This document shows, one piece after another, positions 17,980 through 27,963 of a DNA stretch of 64,000 nucleotides. The position numbers and the translations under genes were made by a program. The number at the start of each line of letters is the position of its first letter. Positions within the stretch are counted from its first letter, which is position 1. The notes below the pieces were generated by a model. That model saw only the letters and a list, made by a program, of their open reading frames with translations, did no database searches and was not told the DNA's origin. The stretch spans positions 357,443 through 421,442 of the forward strand of contig JBMFRC010000001.1 in assembly GCA_049968235.1 (NCBI GenBank). The letters are read 5' to 3'. Source of the DNA: Candidatus Hydrogenedens sp. GTDB lineage: Bacteria; Hydrogenedentota; Hydrogenedentia; Hydrogenedentales; Hydrogenedentaceae.

Positions 17980-20900
17980 TTATACATCCTTAATGATAGA
18001 AATAGGGATTGTTAGATTGTTAGCAATATCGGGAATATCATTTCTATATGTAAAAAGGATTATCTGTTGTCCTTCTCCCAATGCTTTCAATGTTTCCAGA
18101 GATTGAATCAATTGGGGATAGTCATAAGACACAAAAGGGTCATCTAACAATAACGGAATTGGTTCTTTGAGAAAATGAGGAATTTTCATAAGGGCGACAC
18201 GCATAGCAAGATATGCCTGTTCCTGAACAGAGGGATTTGAAGATAATTCTTCCAGAGGTATGGGGTTCTCTGTTTGTGCAGGAATAACTTTCAATGTCAG
18301 GTCCTGCTCTACAAGCACACCTGTATATTTGTACTTCGTTAAATGTATCAGCAAACGACTGACTTCATTTTGTAAAGGCAATGCAATTTTATGATACCGA
18401 TATGTGGATAATTGCTGTAATACCGATATTGCTGATAATACACTCTCCTGTTCGTATCGAAGTATTCTCCATTGAGTTTCATAATAATATTTTTCTTCAG
18501 CAATTTCATTTAACGGTCGCAATTTGTTTGTCAATGTTTCCAACTCTGATTGTAGAATCTGTATATCCTTTTGTATTTGTTCTACTTCGTTTTCTGTTTG
18601 CTCAATAAGTAGTTGCAATTGTTCTTCATCTTCGGCGGGGACTGATGGGACAAAATCTTGTGTTTGTTTTTCCAGTTCCTCTATTGTGCCATCATTCAGC
18701 AATTGTTGAAGTTGCAGTTCGGTTTGTTTAATTCGTGAAAAGATAGCCTGTGCTTCTTCGGCAAGGGCATATTTGTTTTTCCATTCGGAGATACTGCTTA
18801 CTCCTGCCAGTTCTAATATCTCCTGAATCTGTTTCTGGTTTTGAGATAGTTCCTCATCCACTTTTTGCAGTTGTTGATTTAAATCCAATCGCTTTTTCCG
18901 AAGCTCGGATACCTTTGTTTTTAGCCCACAGTACATTTCTTCTGCACGATAATATGAACGGAAAGTATCCTGTGTTAAAGTTTCCCCTGGTTGAAGCAGT
19001 CCGGATTGAACTAAGTCATGTTCTATCCGGCTAAGTATCTCTTTTTGAATTTTATTGTAAATATCCTTTGTATATTCTTCTTTTTTCGTTATAGTGTATG
19101 TTAATTGTTGATATTGGTTCCGGAGGTCCCAGAGCCTGCGGTGGTACATTCTTGCTTTTTCCTGCAATTCAAATACCTTTCGCCGATTTTGCTCTATTTT
19201 ATCCTTATCTTCCAGAGATAGACCTGCTTGTTCAAAAAGATTTTGTATCTCTTGATAAAGGTCGTAGGTTCGGGTCTGGTTAATCGTAAATAGTTCCTCT
19301 GCTTTACGAACCTGTGTAGATAAATCTCCCTCGTTTTTTAACCAGGCACAGTATTCGTCATAAAGCCCCTGCAATTCGCGCACATGCTGTAAATTGGCTT
19401 TATTAAGTAGTGCTGTTATTGGATGCTTATCAATATATTCGAAGGTAACTATTTTCTGAATTTTTTCTTTCAATTGCTTCAGGAAAACATCGATTTCTTT
19501 CAGAGTTCGCTTATTATTGATATAAGAACTCACAAAATATAAAAAAGCCAATCCTACTGCACTGGCAAACCATAGAGATTCCTTTTTATGCATTGTTATA
19601 AACAGATAAATGAGTAAAATATCCAGCAAAAAACAAAGCGTCCCTAATACCAGGTCCACAGGTTGTCGGGAACGAATTTGTAGTTTTAATACCTCTGCTT
19701 CTTCCAATTGTCTTTCTAATTCTTGCTGTTCTTCTTCCGGTTTATCTTTATATTTCAAATAATCATCTACAAGCCCTGCAAAGTCATTTATATCATCAAA
19801 TAATTCCCGATACGGTTGCGTTTGTTGTTGAACACGGGTATATTCTTTTCTCAGTTCATTAAGTTGCGATTCGCTTTTATGTGTTTCCTTCAAAGAACTT
19901 TTATACATATCAATGGCAAAATCGGTTTTGGAGTAGAACATATCATCTTTTTGTATTACCTCTGGAAGTTCCGAAACAATTTTTTCAACTTCCTGAATAT
20001 GTTCGTTTACCTTCTCTCGTTGATTGTGTAGTTCTTTCAACACCTCCTCATTACTGTGAATATGTTTCAAATATTCCTCATATTTATCTTGATAATCCTT
20101 AATATAATCAATAGGGATAAAGGTAGAATGACGCAGTTCTAACTCAAGTTCATTGATTTCCCCAGAGATGTTCTCAATCTCATTTTGCAATTTCTGCTTT
20201 TGCATTTCCGCATGATTGATAGCCATCTCCGTTTGAATAACATATACATTCTGGTCAACTGGAAAATTTCTAAAATTGGAGTATGAAAAGGAACGTCTAG
20301 TCAGTTCATTTAACTTGTCTCGTAAGGCTTTTGCATCGTTCTTTTTTCTCCAGAGCGTATATTGACGGGCATATTGTAATTTATCTTGCAGTTCCTTATA
20401 TTTCTGTTGAAGACTACTCAGTTTCTCCTTATGTTGTTTCAGAAATAATTTCTTCTCGCATATTCTTTCAAAACTTTCCTTTACCTGCTCATATTCCTCT
20501 GATAACCTTTCTATTTGTTCCGATATCAGGTTATAGGGGCGTTTATAGGTACGTTCTGTTCCGATGGATTGCAAATATTCCTGAAAATCGGTAATTATGG
20601 TATTTACAGATTGTTCCGTTGTCCCTGTATCTATCAAACACTGAAGATGTTCCTTTACTCTGTTCCCGTGGGTAAAGGAATTCAAACTGTCTATTGTCTT
20701 CTGTGAAATTACAGACACTCCGGAGAACATTTCACGAGTCAAATCCAGATGTTCATTTATAAAAGCAGGTTCTCCATTTGGATATACAGGAACTGTATCT
20801 GTTATATCATTTGCATCCATCCCTTCATATATTCTTAATGATGGTTCAGGTCCAAATACTCGATGAAGATGTATCAGTTTCCCCGTATTCAGGCGATAAA

Positions 20901-21138
20901 CAATATTTCCCCGATAATCCGAAGTATACCATGGTGTATATTTATAATAATTTTCAGAAAAGGATGCATTTTTCTTTTTGGAAGTTTTTTGCCCAAATAA
21001 CATATCCAGCATAAACTGGAATAATGTATTTTTCCCATTCTCATCTCTGACAAAAATTATCTGGAACCCCTTCTCAAATTCAAGGGGAATCTTTTGTAGT
21101 TTCCCGAAACCATAGATATGTCCCTTTATAAATTCCAT
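17980..21138 (-). CDS. SbcE/YhaN-like SMC-type ATPase (AAA_27-like) with long coiled coil and internal 2-TM hairpin; degenerate Walker A/B
   Basis: N-terminus IKGHIYGFGKLQKIPLEFEKGFQIIFVRDENGKNTLFQFMLDMLFG follows the Rad50/SbcC/YhaN head pattern, but the P-loop reads RDENGKNT. C-terminus has Walker B/D-loop LLLDDPFVSYD. Central LVLGTLCFLLDILLIYLFITMHKKESLWFASAVGLAFLYFVSSYI forms two TM helices within ~700 aa of coiled coil. Confidence 0.6.
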   Translation of the reverse strand: MEFIKGHIYGFGKLQKIPLEFEKGFQIIFVRDENGKNTLFQFMLDMLFGQKTSKKKNASFSENYYKYTPWYTSDYRGNIVYRLNTGKLIHLHRVFGPEPSLRIYEGMDANDITDTVPVYPNGEPAFINEHLDLTREMFSGVSVISQKTIDSLNSFTHGNRVKEHLQCLIDTGTTEQSVNTIITDFQEYLQSIGTERTYKRPYNLISEQIERLSEEYEQVKESFERICEKKLFLKQHKEKLSSLQQKYKELQDKLQYARQYTLWRKKNDAKALRDKLNELTRRSFSYSNFRNFPVDQNVYVIQTEMAINHAEMQKQKLQNEIENISGEINELELELRHSTFIPIDYIKDYQDKYEEYLKHIHSNEEVLKELHNQREKVNEHIQEVEKIVSELPEVIQKDDMFYSKTDFAIDMYKSSLKETHKSESQLNELRKEYTRVQQQTQPYRELFDDINDFAGLVDDYLKYKDKPEEEQQELERQLEEAEVLKLQIRSRQPVDLVLGTLCFLLDILLIYLFITMHKKESLWFASAVGLAFLYFVSSYINNKRTLKEIDVFLKQLKEKIQKIVTFEYIDKHPITALLNKANLQHVRELQGLYDEYCAWLKNEGDLSTQVRKAEELFTINQTRTYDLYQEIQNLFEQAGLSLEDKDKIEQNRRKVFELQEKARMYHRRLWDLRNQYQQLTYTITKKEEYTKDIYNKIQKEILSRIEHDLVQSGLLQPGETLTQDTFRSYYRAEEMYCGLKTKVSELRKKRLDLNQQLQKVDEELSQNQKQIQEILELAGVSSISEWKNKYALAEEAQAIFSRIKQTELQLQQLLNDGTIEELEKQTQDFVPSVPAEDEEQLQLLIEQTENEVEQIQKDIQILQSELETLTNKLRPLNEIAEEKYYYETQWRILRYEQESVLSAISVLQQLSTYRYHKIALPLQNEVSRLLIHLTKYKYTGVLVEQDLTLKVIPAQTENPIPLEELSSNPSVQEQAYLAMRVALMKIPHFLKEPIPLLLDDPFVSYDYPQLIQSLETLKALGEGQQIILFTYRNDIPDIANNLTIPISIIKDV

Positions 21139-22298
21139 TCCGGGGGAACCTCACATGTTTCAACGGTAGGAATTTTTAGATTTGCTCCTCCAGCAATTCT
21201 TGCGGTTAAATGTCGGACTCGTTTTGCAATACTGACAGCGGAGGTATTCGGTGCACATTTTTGTTGTTCCGTTACCTGCTTAAAAAATTCAGATAGAACG
21301 GTAATCTCTCGCAAATCTTCTGCATTTTCAAATCCTTCTATTTCTCCATCAAAACTCCATGTAATAAATAGATTTTCTTCCTGAATAGATATCATTGTTT
21401 CCGGGATGCCATTTAGAAGGGAAGGAGAAATTGTTCCACTGAAACGGAGATGAACAACACAGGGTTTTTGCAAATTTGTCAATTCATTTCGTAACTTCGT
21501 GTGAAGTCCATCTTCATTTGTAAACAAAGACATATCTATATTGATAAGAGCATAAAAATTTTTCTGTAAAGACATATGTTCTACATGGGAAACTTTCCAT
21601 TGATTATCATCCGATTGAAAGCGAATACCTAAAACCCCAAAAGGAGGAGTATCATCCATACTTATAGGGTCGGGAATACCACAACAACACGCCGTCAATT
21701 GCGAAGTATTGTAAAATTGTTTGAAACTGTGTCCTTTCCCTACCCCGATATATGAGATAACATCCGGGACCTTCTCAAACCATCTTGACAATTCCCTTTT
21801 ATCGTTAAACATAGGCAATTCATAAGATAGAAGAATATGATTCCTGCCATCATAGCCAGTCGGTAAATTAAGTTCCGCAAAATCCCCTACCTTCCTATTA
21901 TCTCCTGCTATTGCATAAACAACAATCGGGGTCTTATTCCCTTCCCACCTGTTTGTTGTTTCGGAATTCATTACTATTACATTTTCGGGAAAAGTCTCTA
22001 ATATGTAGGGAGAATATTTTGTGATAGGGTCTGATTCGCCGGGAATAATAATGACTGGAACAGGTTTAATTGCTTCACATCGCTCAAACAGGAATTGAAG
22101 GGTTTGTTCCGTTACATATTCTGCATCCAGCAAATTACCGGTTATGAATAAGGCATCTGCTTTATACTCAAATACTTTACTGACAATTGCATCGAGTAAT
22201 TCCCTCTGTCTTCTTCTTCGTTCTTGACCATAGTGTAGGTTTAAGGAGGAAAAAAAGGGCTTGTCTAAGTATACATTTGCGGTATGTAAGATGAACAT
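21126..22298 (-). CDS. SbcD/Mre11/YhaO-like calcineurin-type phosphoesterase homologue with substituted catalytic motifs (probably inactive)
   Basis: Colinear with SbcD motifs I-III, all substituted: MFILHTANVYLD (DxH becomes NxY), ADALFITGNLLD (GD becomes GN), VIIIPGESD (GNHD becomes GESD). Overlaps the downstream ATPase gene by 13 nt. Confidence 0.55.
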   Translation of the reverse strand: MFILHTANVYLDKPFFSSLNLHYGQERRRRQRELLDAIVSKVFEYKADALFITGNLLDAEYVTEQTLQFLFERCEAIKPVPVIIIPGESDPITKYSPYILETFPENVIVMNSETTNRWEGNKTPIVVYAIAGDNRKVGDFAELNLPTGYDGRNHILLSYELPMFNDKRELSRWFEKVPDVISYIGVGKGHSFKQFYNTSQLTACCCGIPDPISMDDTPPFGVLGIRFQSDDNQWKVSHVEHMSLQKNFYALINIDMSLFTNEDGLHTKLRNELTNLQKPCVVHLRFSGTISPSLLNGIPETMISIQEENLFITWSFDGEIEGFENAEDLREITVLSEFFKQVTEQQKCAPNTSAVSIAKRVRHLTARIAGGANLKIPTVETCEVPPEWNL

Positions 22299-22323
22299 TT
22301 TCGTTTAACCTGTAACAGTTTGA

Positions 22324-23274
22324 TTAAGAATATATTATATCAATTTGCGGTTCCTGCTTTGCTATGGCATCAGTAAAACCCCTATATCGCCAATATCGGA
22401 ATACTCGGCGATACATTCGGAGAAGTAATTTAGAATCTTCTGGAAGTTTTAAGCAAAAACGGTGGTAGTAAGGAATAAGCAGGGCATTGATAATTCGTGT
22501 AGTATAAGGAAAATAAAGTTTATAATTAACGACGATATGATAGTCATTAGGAAACAATCGCAGGTAACAGCCCATTGAATAACCCCGACGGTAATGATAT
22601 CTGCACATATCCAGATATGAACTTCCTTTCCAAAGCCAACAAAGAGCCTGATTGTCAATATGAAGTTTACAACCTACTTGCGAGAGCCTTTTTACCAATT
22701 CCACTTCTGCGAATTCCGGGAAATAAAATGATTTGTTAAATGTTCCACTTTGAAGAATAAGGTCACGAGGGATACTCATGTTATAGAGAGAGAAATGGGA
22801 AGGAGTTATTTGTGTAATTTCCTCCATTGAAGGTGGTTCATCCTCTGGCAAGAACCAGGGTGTTATGCTTTTTGAAGAGAGTCGCGGATGCAAAAGTAAC
22901 GCGCCTCCGATACAGGCTTTCCCCTCATATGCGTATTGGAGCTGGACATGCCTTTGGATCCAACTATTACTGGGCAATACCTCCGGTTGACTGCACAATA
23001 CCCACTTTCCTTTCGCCTCGTGCAATGCTAAGTCCCATGCTTGTATCATTGACTCTCCCCCATGTGGAATATAACGAACAATCAACGGAGACCCTTTTGA
23101 CAAAGAAGCAACTGTCTTTCGCGTTTCTTCTGAGGAATTCGTTTCAACAATAATCCACTCAAATTGTGCTAAAGGATAATCCTGATGTTCCAGATGAAAA
23201 AACCATGGGGATAAACACCACGACAAATTATTTCCTACTAACAGCACGCTTGCATGGATTTCATTCGTTGACAT
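22324..23274 (-). CDS. glycosyltransferase family 2-like protein (GT-A fold; DxD position reads QPE)
   Basis: Pattern SVLLVGNN...FEWIIVETNSSEETRK...GGESMIQAWDLALHEAKGKWVL loosely follows GT2 N-terminal conservation. Confidence 0.35.
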   Translation of the reverse strand: MSTNEIHASVLLVGNNLSWCLSPWFFHLEHQDYPLAQFEWIIVETNSSEETRKTVASLSKGSPLIVRYIPHGGESMIQAWDLALHEAKGKWVLCSQPEVLPSNSWIQRHVQLQYAYEGKACIGGALLLHPRLSSKSITPWFLPEDEPPSMEEITQITPSHFSLYNMSIPRDLILQSGTFNKSFYFPEFAEVELVKRLSQVGCKLHIDNQALCWLWKGSSYLDMCRYHYRRGYSMGCYLRLFPNDYHIVVNYKLYFPYTTRIINALLIPYYHRFCLKLPEDSKLLLRMYRRVFRYWRYRGFTDAIAKQEPQIDIIYS

Positions 23275-23383
23275 TCCGATACTTTCTTCCCTTTTTGTTA
23301 TTATAAAATATTAACATGATAATATACTGAAAAGGGAATTTTTATTTCTATATATAGTTTTCCAGAGATAAGGCTCATCATAT

Positions 23384-25666
23384 ATGTCGCAAATAGCAAG
23401 TAAGGTTTCGGAGTTCCGACGCTTCCCTTTTTGGGGAACATTACTCGGGGGTATTTTCCTGTTACTTTTGATACGTATTTATTGGGACCCTATGCTGGCA
23501 GCCAGTTTAGGTAAAAGCGATAAAGAAGATATATGGGCAAACAAACAATATTCCGTTTGGGGTCCTATATGGAAATATGGGTTTGACCGTATCGGGAAGG
23601 GAGAAATTCCGCACTGGAATCCGTATCAACTTTGTGGACAACCCTACCTTGTGGACATACGTACATCTTTGTTTCAACCCTTGCATATACTATTTTGGCG
23701 AATGGACTTTGCACATGCCTATCAATGGTATATTTTCCTTTCCATGTCCCTTTTAGGTATCGGTTTTTTAATATGGGGTAGAATTTTAGAGATTCCTTAT
23801 CCTGCTTTAATACCCGGACTTGTATCTGTGGTATTTTCGGGACCTGGAATATGTGTTCAAATGTCGTTACCTTTGTTAAGTGGTTCTGTGTGGCTAATTT
23901 TTCTACTAAGTGGTATGGTATATTTCTTTGAAAACCATACACCACGCAGTTTTCTCATCTTATTGTTTATATGGACCGCATTGATACTATCTGGAAGTAT
24001 TGAATGCATATTTGCAGGTCTCCTTATGCTCATCCTTTTCCCTTTTATCTTTCGCAGTTTCCCGACACTTTCCATAGAAAGGAAATCTTTATCGGTAATT
24101 TTCAAAATTATAGTTGTTTTGATACTGGGAATAATGGTAAGTGCATTTGCATGGTTTCCTTTTATATCATGGCAGATATATACAGATGTACACTGGAGCC
24201 AATTTCTTAGTTTTCCTTTATCGGCTCATTTTCCCGAAACATTCTCTCTCGCTTTTTCTCAAATCTTTCTCCCTATATGGGCATGGGACCTTCCAAAATT
24301 ACCCGTTTTATATCCCGGATTAATATGTTTCGTATTTATTTTTCCCGCATTTTTTGACCGTGAACTTCGTTCTATCGTATGGTTTCATGGGCTAATCTTG
24401 TTATTTTTCTTCCTTCTATTTTTTATAAACCTTAACCTGGCACGAATACTTCAACAGGGAATGTTAATTCTTGTTGCAATTTCTTTCTCAACATTGGCAG
24501 GGATAGGCTTTCACCGATTGCTATTAAAAGGTCGGGATTTAAGTTCTCCATATGTATGGGTTTCGGGTATCTTTGTTTTTTTATTGCTATTAGCCCTCAT
24601 TTTAATCGCTAATCCATGGATAAAGGGTGTATCCATTTTATTACTCTTTCTCCTTATCCCTGCAACAATCATCCGTATACCCAAAATAAATTCTATCCTT
24701 TGCATCTTAATCGCTCTGTTAAGTTTCATCGAATTGTATTATTTACTTCGTCCTTTTCTACCTGAAAGTTATATCCCCGTTATTGAAAAAAAAGATGTTT
24801 ATTCCGAATTCGTCAGACAGCTCCGCTATCAAACAGGCACAGGAAGAGGTCTGATTGTCCCGGAATCGAACTCAATACTCTGGTCGGAAAACCTCGGGAT
24901 GTATTATCACTGGCAATTGGTGAATGGAACAGAACTACCCACAGATAAATATGCACAATTATGGATGAAATCCCTTTCAAATCAAACACAGGAAAAAACA
25001 GAACTATTAACAAATCCGTTAACAACAATCAGTGGTGTTCAGTGGGCATTTACTACAAATATGTCAATAGATAACGATAAGGGGAAAAATTTAAAAACCT
25101 GGCGAAAAATGGAGCAAATCTACTTTGTTGATATTTATGAAAATACCCAACCTATACCGCGATGTTTCTGGGTACCCCACTACCGAAAAGTCTCTTCTAT
25201 GGAAGAGGTCTTAAATATTTTGACACATAGTAACTTCTCTCCATTTAAAGAATGCGTGATACAGTCAGATGTTCCGATTTCCTACGACAAAAAAACTGCT
25301 GATATACTTCCCTTAACACCGGAACAGGATGCAGATTCTTCCGCAAAGGTAGTAACTACCAATATCCAGGAGGAAAACTCTGAATATATCTCTATACAGA
25401 TAAAAGCACCTAAGGAAGGTTTCTTAGTGCTTTTAGACACATACAACCCGGGCTGGAAAGCATTTGTCGATGGAGAACTTACTGAAATTTTTAGAACAAA
25501 CGGTATATTTAGAGGTGTTCCCATACCGGGAGGGGTACATCAGGTTGTATTCAAATATACAAGCCCTGGCTGGGACGCAGGGAGAATAATTACATTCGTG
25601 GCTATTCTTTTAACTCTATCAACACTACTCATCGAAAAAGTTTTCAATAAAAGCCAAACCGCATAA
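23384..25666 (+). CDS. YfhO-like polytopic membrane protein (putative GT-C-type glycosyl/arabinosyl transferase)
   Basis: 760 aa with more than 12 TM in the N-terminal 450 aa. First-loop motif DIWANKQYSVWGPIWKYGFDRIGKGEIPHWNPYQLCGQPYLVD is typical of YfhO-like proteins. C-terminal extracytoplasmic domain. Confidence 0.5.
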   Translation: MSQIASKVSEFRRFPFWGTLLGGIFLLLLIRIYWDPMLAASLGKSDKEDIWANKQYSVWGPIWKYGFDRIGKGEIPHWNPYQLCGQPYLVDIRTSLFQPLHILFWRMDFAHAYQWYIFLSMSLLGIGFLIWGRILEIPYPALIPGLVSVVFSGPGICVQMSLPLLSGSVWLIFLLSGMVYFFENHTPRSFLILLFIWTALILSGSIECIFAGLLMLILFPFIFRSFPTLSIERKSLSVIFKIIVVLILGIMVSAFAWFPFISWQIYTDVHWSQFLSFPLSAHFPETFSLAFSQIFLPIWAWDLPKLPVLYPGLICFVFIFPAFFDRELRSIVWFHGLILLFFFLLFFINLNLARILQQGMLILVAISFSTLAGIGFHRLLLKGRDLSSPYVWVSGIFVFLLLLALILIANPWIKGVSILLLFLLIPATIIRIPKINSILCILIALLSFIELYYLLRPFLPESYIPVIEKKDVYSEFVRQLRYQTGTGRGLIVPESNSILWSENLGMYYHWQLVNGTELPTDKYAQLWMKSLSNQTQEKTELLTNPLTTISGVQWAFTTNMSIDNDKGKNLKTWRKMEQIYFVDIYENTQPIPRCFWVPHYRKVSSMEEVLNILTHSNFSPFKECVIQSDVPISYDKKTADILPLTPEQDADSSAKVVTTNIQEENSEYISIQIKAPKEGFLVLLDTYNPGWKAFVDGELTEIFRTNGIFRGVPIPGGVHQVVFKYTSPGWDAGRIITFVAILLTLSTLLIEKVFNKSQTA

Positions 25667-26071
25667 TGTTTTAATACCCATCATTTGAGCATTAACATCC
25701 TTTGTAAATAGCGAAAAGTTTCTGTTTAAATGAACAAATGAGAATGAGTGCGTAGAAAAAACAGCACAGACACAGCGCTGTATTGAGTACATGTATAACC
25801 CTACCCATGCAGGAGTAATTTATAAATTGCTTCTACAACCTATAGAATAAGCAGAATCTCTGTGTATAATAAAAATATTCTATCGACCTATTGGAACTTG
25901 CTTTGCCAGACCCTATTCCATCGCTTTATCTATCTCCATTATTCCATTTGTTCCTTTTTAGAATACGAACACTAAATTTGTTTATTTGGAAAATAATCTG
26001 GAAATATGTAATTATAACTATTATTTCATATCTTGTTTCTAACTTTATCTTGATTTTGCGGAGTTTTTCCT

Positions 26072-27049
26072 ATGCGTATACCTGATTATGTTTATGGTAG
26101 TATTGCACCAACTTTTACCGTTTTCAAGGAAGATGGTTCCCTTGACCCTGAGGGTCAAAAGCGTCTCCTTGAATATATGATTGAAAAAGGTTCCATATCC
26201 GCATTTTTCATTCGTTCGGGTATGGGACAGATGTATACCTTTTCTTTTGAAGAAGTAAAACAATTGGCAGAGATTGCCTGCAAAGTGGTGAAAGAGCATT
26301 CTGCGGTACTTATCGGATGTAGCGGTATCTGGGACCGTAACTATGACCACCGTCCTAATCGACAGGAATACATTCAACAGGCAATCGAATTAAGTCGTTT
26401 TGCACAAGATATAGGTGCGGATGGTGCTGTATTAACTATCCCTGAGGCTCTGGTGCCCGAAAATAATGAGTCGCTTGAAGATTTAATATATCGTTATTTT
26501 GAAACGGTCTGTTCCGCAGTGAAAATACCCGTGTTATTCTATCAACCCCCCGGCACAAGACCCGAATATTGTTTAACACCGGAATTATTGAAAAAACTTG
26601 CAAAAATAGACAATCTTGTAGCCGGAAAAGTATCCATTGCTGATGGCGGTTATTTGTTCGATTTAGTCCGTGCCGTTCGTAATGAAAATTTTTCTTTAAT
26701 TGTCGGAAATGAGACTGTTTTTTATGCAGGGCTTATGTTAGGTTGTCGCGCCTGTATTGGTCAGGGAACCAGTCTAAACCCTCAAATTATCTATGCTATG
26801 GTTAAACGGTATGAAACAGCAGATATAGAGGGGTGTATGCAGGCTCAAGAGGATATAAATATACTTGTGAGAAAATGTCCGAATGCGGTAGAATTTTTCA
26901 AACGTTATATTACGGAACAGGGTTATCCTGTAAATGAAAGTTCTCGAACGATTGAAAACAATCCCTATTTTGAAAAACGTGAAAGGTTATCCGTTCCGGA
27001 ATATGAAGCATTCAAGCAGATTTATGAAAGTATCCTTGCAAAATATTAA
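26072..27049 (+). CDS. dihydrodipicolinate synthase/N-acetylneuraminate lyase family (class I aldolase) protein, substrate unknown
   Basis: Aligns to the DapA N-terminus (GSIAPTFTVFKEDGSLDPEGQKRLLEYMIEKG...) and to the Schiff-base lysine region (LVAGKVSIADGG). The GTTGE motif is replaced by SGMGQ. Confidence 0.6.
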   Translation: MRIPDYVYGSIAPTFTVFKEDGSLDPEGQKRLLEYMIEKGSISAFFIRSGMGQMYTFSFEEVKQLAEIACKVVKEHSAVLIGCSGIWDRNYDHRPNRQEYIQQAIELSRFAQDIGADGAVLTIPEALVPENNESLEDLIYRYFETVCSAVKIPVLFYQPPGTRPEYCLTPELLKKLAKIDNLVAGKVSIADGGYLFDLVRAVRNENFSLIVGNETVFYAGLMLGCRACIGQGTSLNPQIIYAMVKRYETADIEGCMQAQEDINILVRKCPNAVEFFKRYITEQGYPVNESSRTIENNPYFEKRERLSVPEYEAFKQIYESILAKY

Positions 27050-27074
27050 AGCGAATTTTATTTGAGGAATACAC

Positions 27075-27962
27075 ATGTTAACAGATAATATTCTCGATTT
27101 AATTGGTAATACTCCCCTTATTCAGTTAAAAGGTGAGCGTATTTTTGCAAAGGCAGAATTTTTAAATCCCGGGGGAAGTATCAAGGACCGTGTAGCTTTA
27201 TCTATGCTGGAAGGGGCAGAACGCGATGGAAGACTAAAACCCGGATGTGTCATTGTTGAGCCGACTTCCGGAAATACAGGAATCGGCATTACTTTAGTGG
27301 GTAGATTGAAGGGGTATCGTGTTTGTATTGTTATGCCCGAAAATATGAGTGCAGAACGGAAAAAATTAATTAAGGCACTTGGAGGAGAACTTATCCTGAC
27401 CCCGGCGGAGCAAAGTATTATGGGAGCGGTCAATAAAGTCAAGGAAATACAGGCAAATGACCCGAATGTTTTTGTCCCTCAGCAATTTGAGAATCCGGAC
27501 AATCCCCGTGTCCACTACGAAGAAACTGCTCGTGAACTCTGGCGACAAATGGGCGGGAATATTGATTGTTTCGTAGCAGGTGTGGGCAGTGGTGGAACCT
27601 TACAAGGAGTAGGCAAATTTTTGAAGGAACATAAACCCAATGTTCGCATTGTTGCCGTAGAACCCAAAAATGTTTCTGCTTTATTGGGACATGAGCCGGG
27701 GTTACATCAAATTCAGGGGATTGGTGATGGTTTTATTCCGCCGATACTGGATGTGTCTATGGTAGATGAAGTAGTGGAGGTAACCGATGAAGATGCTATC
27801 GAGACAACACGCTCTTTAGGGCGTGATTATGGACTTTTAGTTGGGATTTCTTCCGGGGCCAATGTTTGGGCTGCTCGTGTTATGGCACAAAAAATTTCCG
27901 GCACTATTGCCACAGTGCTACCTGATAGAGCGGAACGATATTTCAGTACTTCGCTTATGTAA
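27075..27962 (+). CDS. cysK: cysteine synthase A (O-acetylserine sulfhydrylase), PLP-dependent
   Basis: Motifs NPGGSIKDRVA (PLP lysine), TSGNTGIG and GVGSGGT; 295 aa. Confidence 0.85.
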   Translation: MLTDNILDLIGNTPLIQLKGERIFAKAEFLNPGGSIKDRVALSMLEGAERDGRLKPGCVIVEPTSGNTGIGITLVGRLKGYRVCIVMPENMSAERKKLIKALGGELILTPAEQSIMGAVNKVKEIQANDPNVFVPQQFENPDNPRVHYEETARELWRQMGGNIDCFVAGVGSGGTLQGVGKFLKEHKPNVRIVAVEPKNVSALLGHEPGLHQIQGIGDGFIPPILDVSMVDEVVEVTDEDAIETTRSLGRDYGLLVGISSGANVWAARVMAQKISGTIATVLPDRAERYFSTSLM

Positions 27963-27963
27963 T

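Noticed and set aside
18381-21384. Short + strand ORFs antisense to the SbcE-like gene (18381..18608, 18524..18709, 18750..19034, and others)
   Set aside because: They are embedded in a long coiled-coil gene whose repetitive codon usage creates spurious antisense frames.
25670-26070. 400-bp gap upstream of the DapA-like gene as an ncRNA or mobile remnant
   Set aside because: Only a short self-complementary decamer (acagcgctgt) and AT-rich promoter-like sequence were seen. There is no extended structure or repeat.
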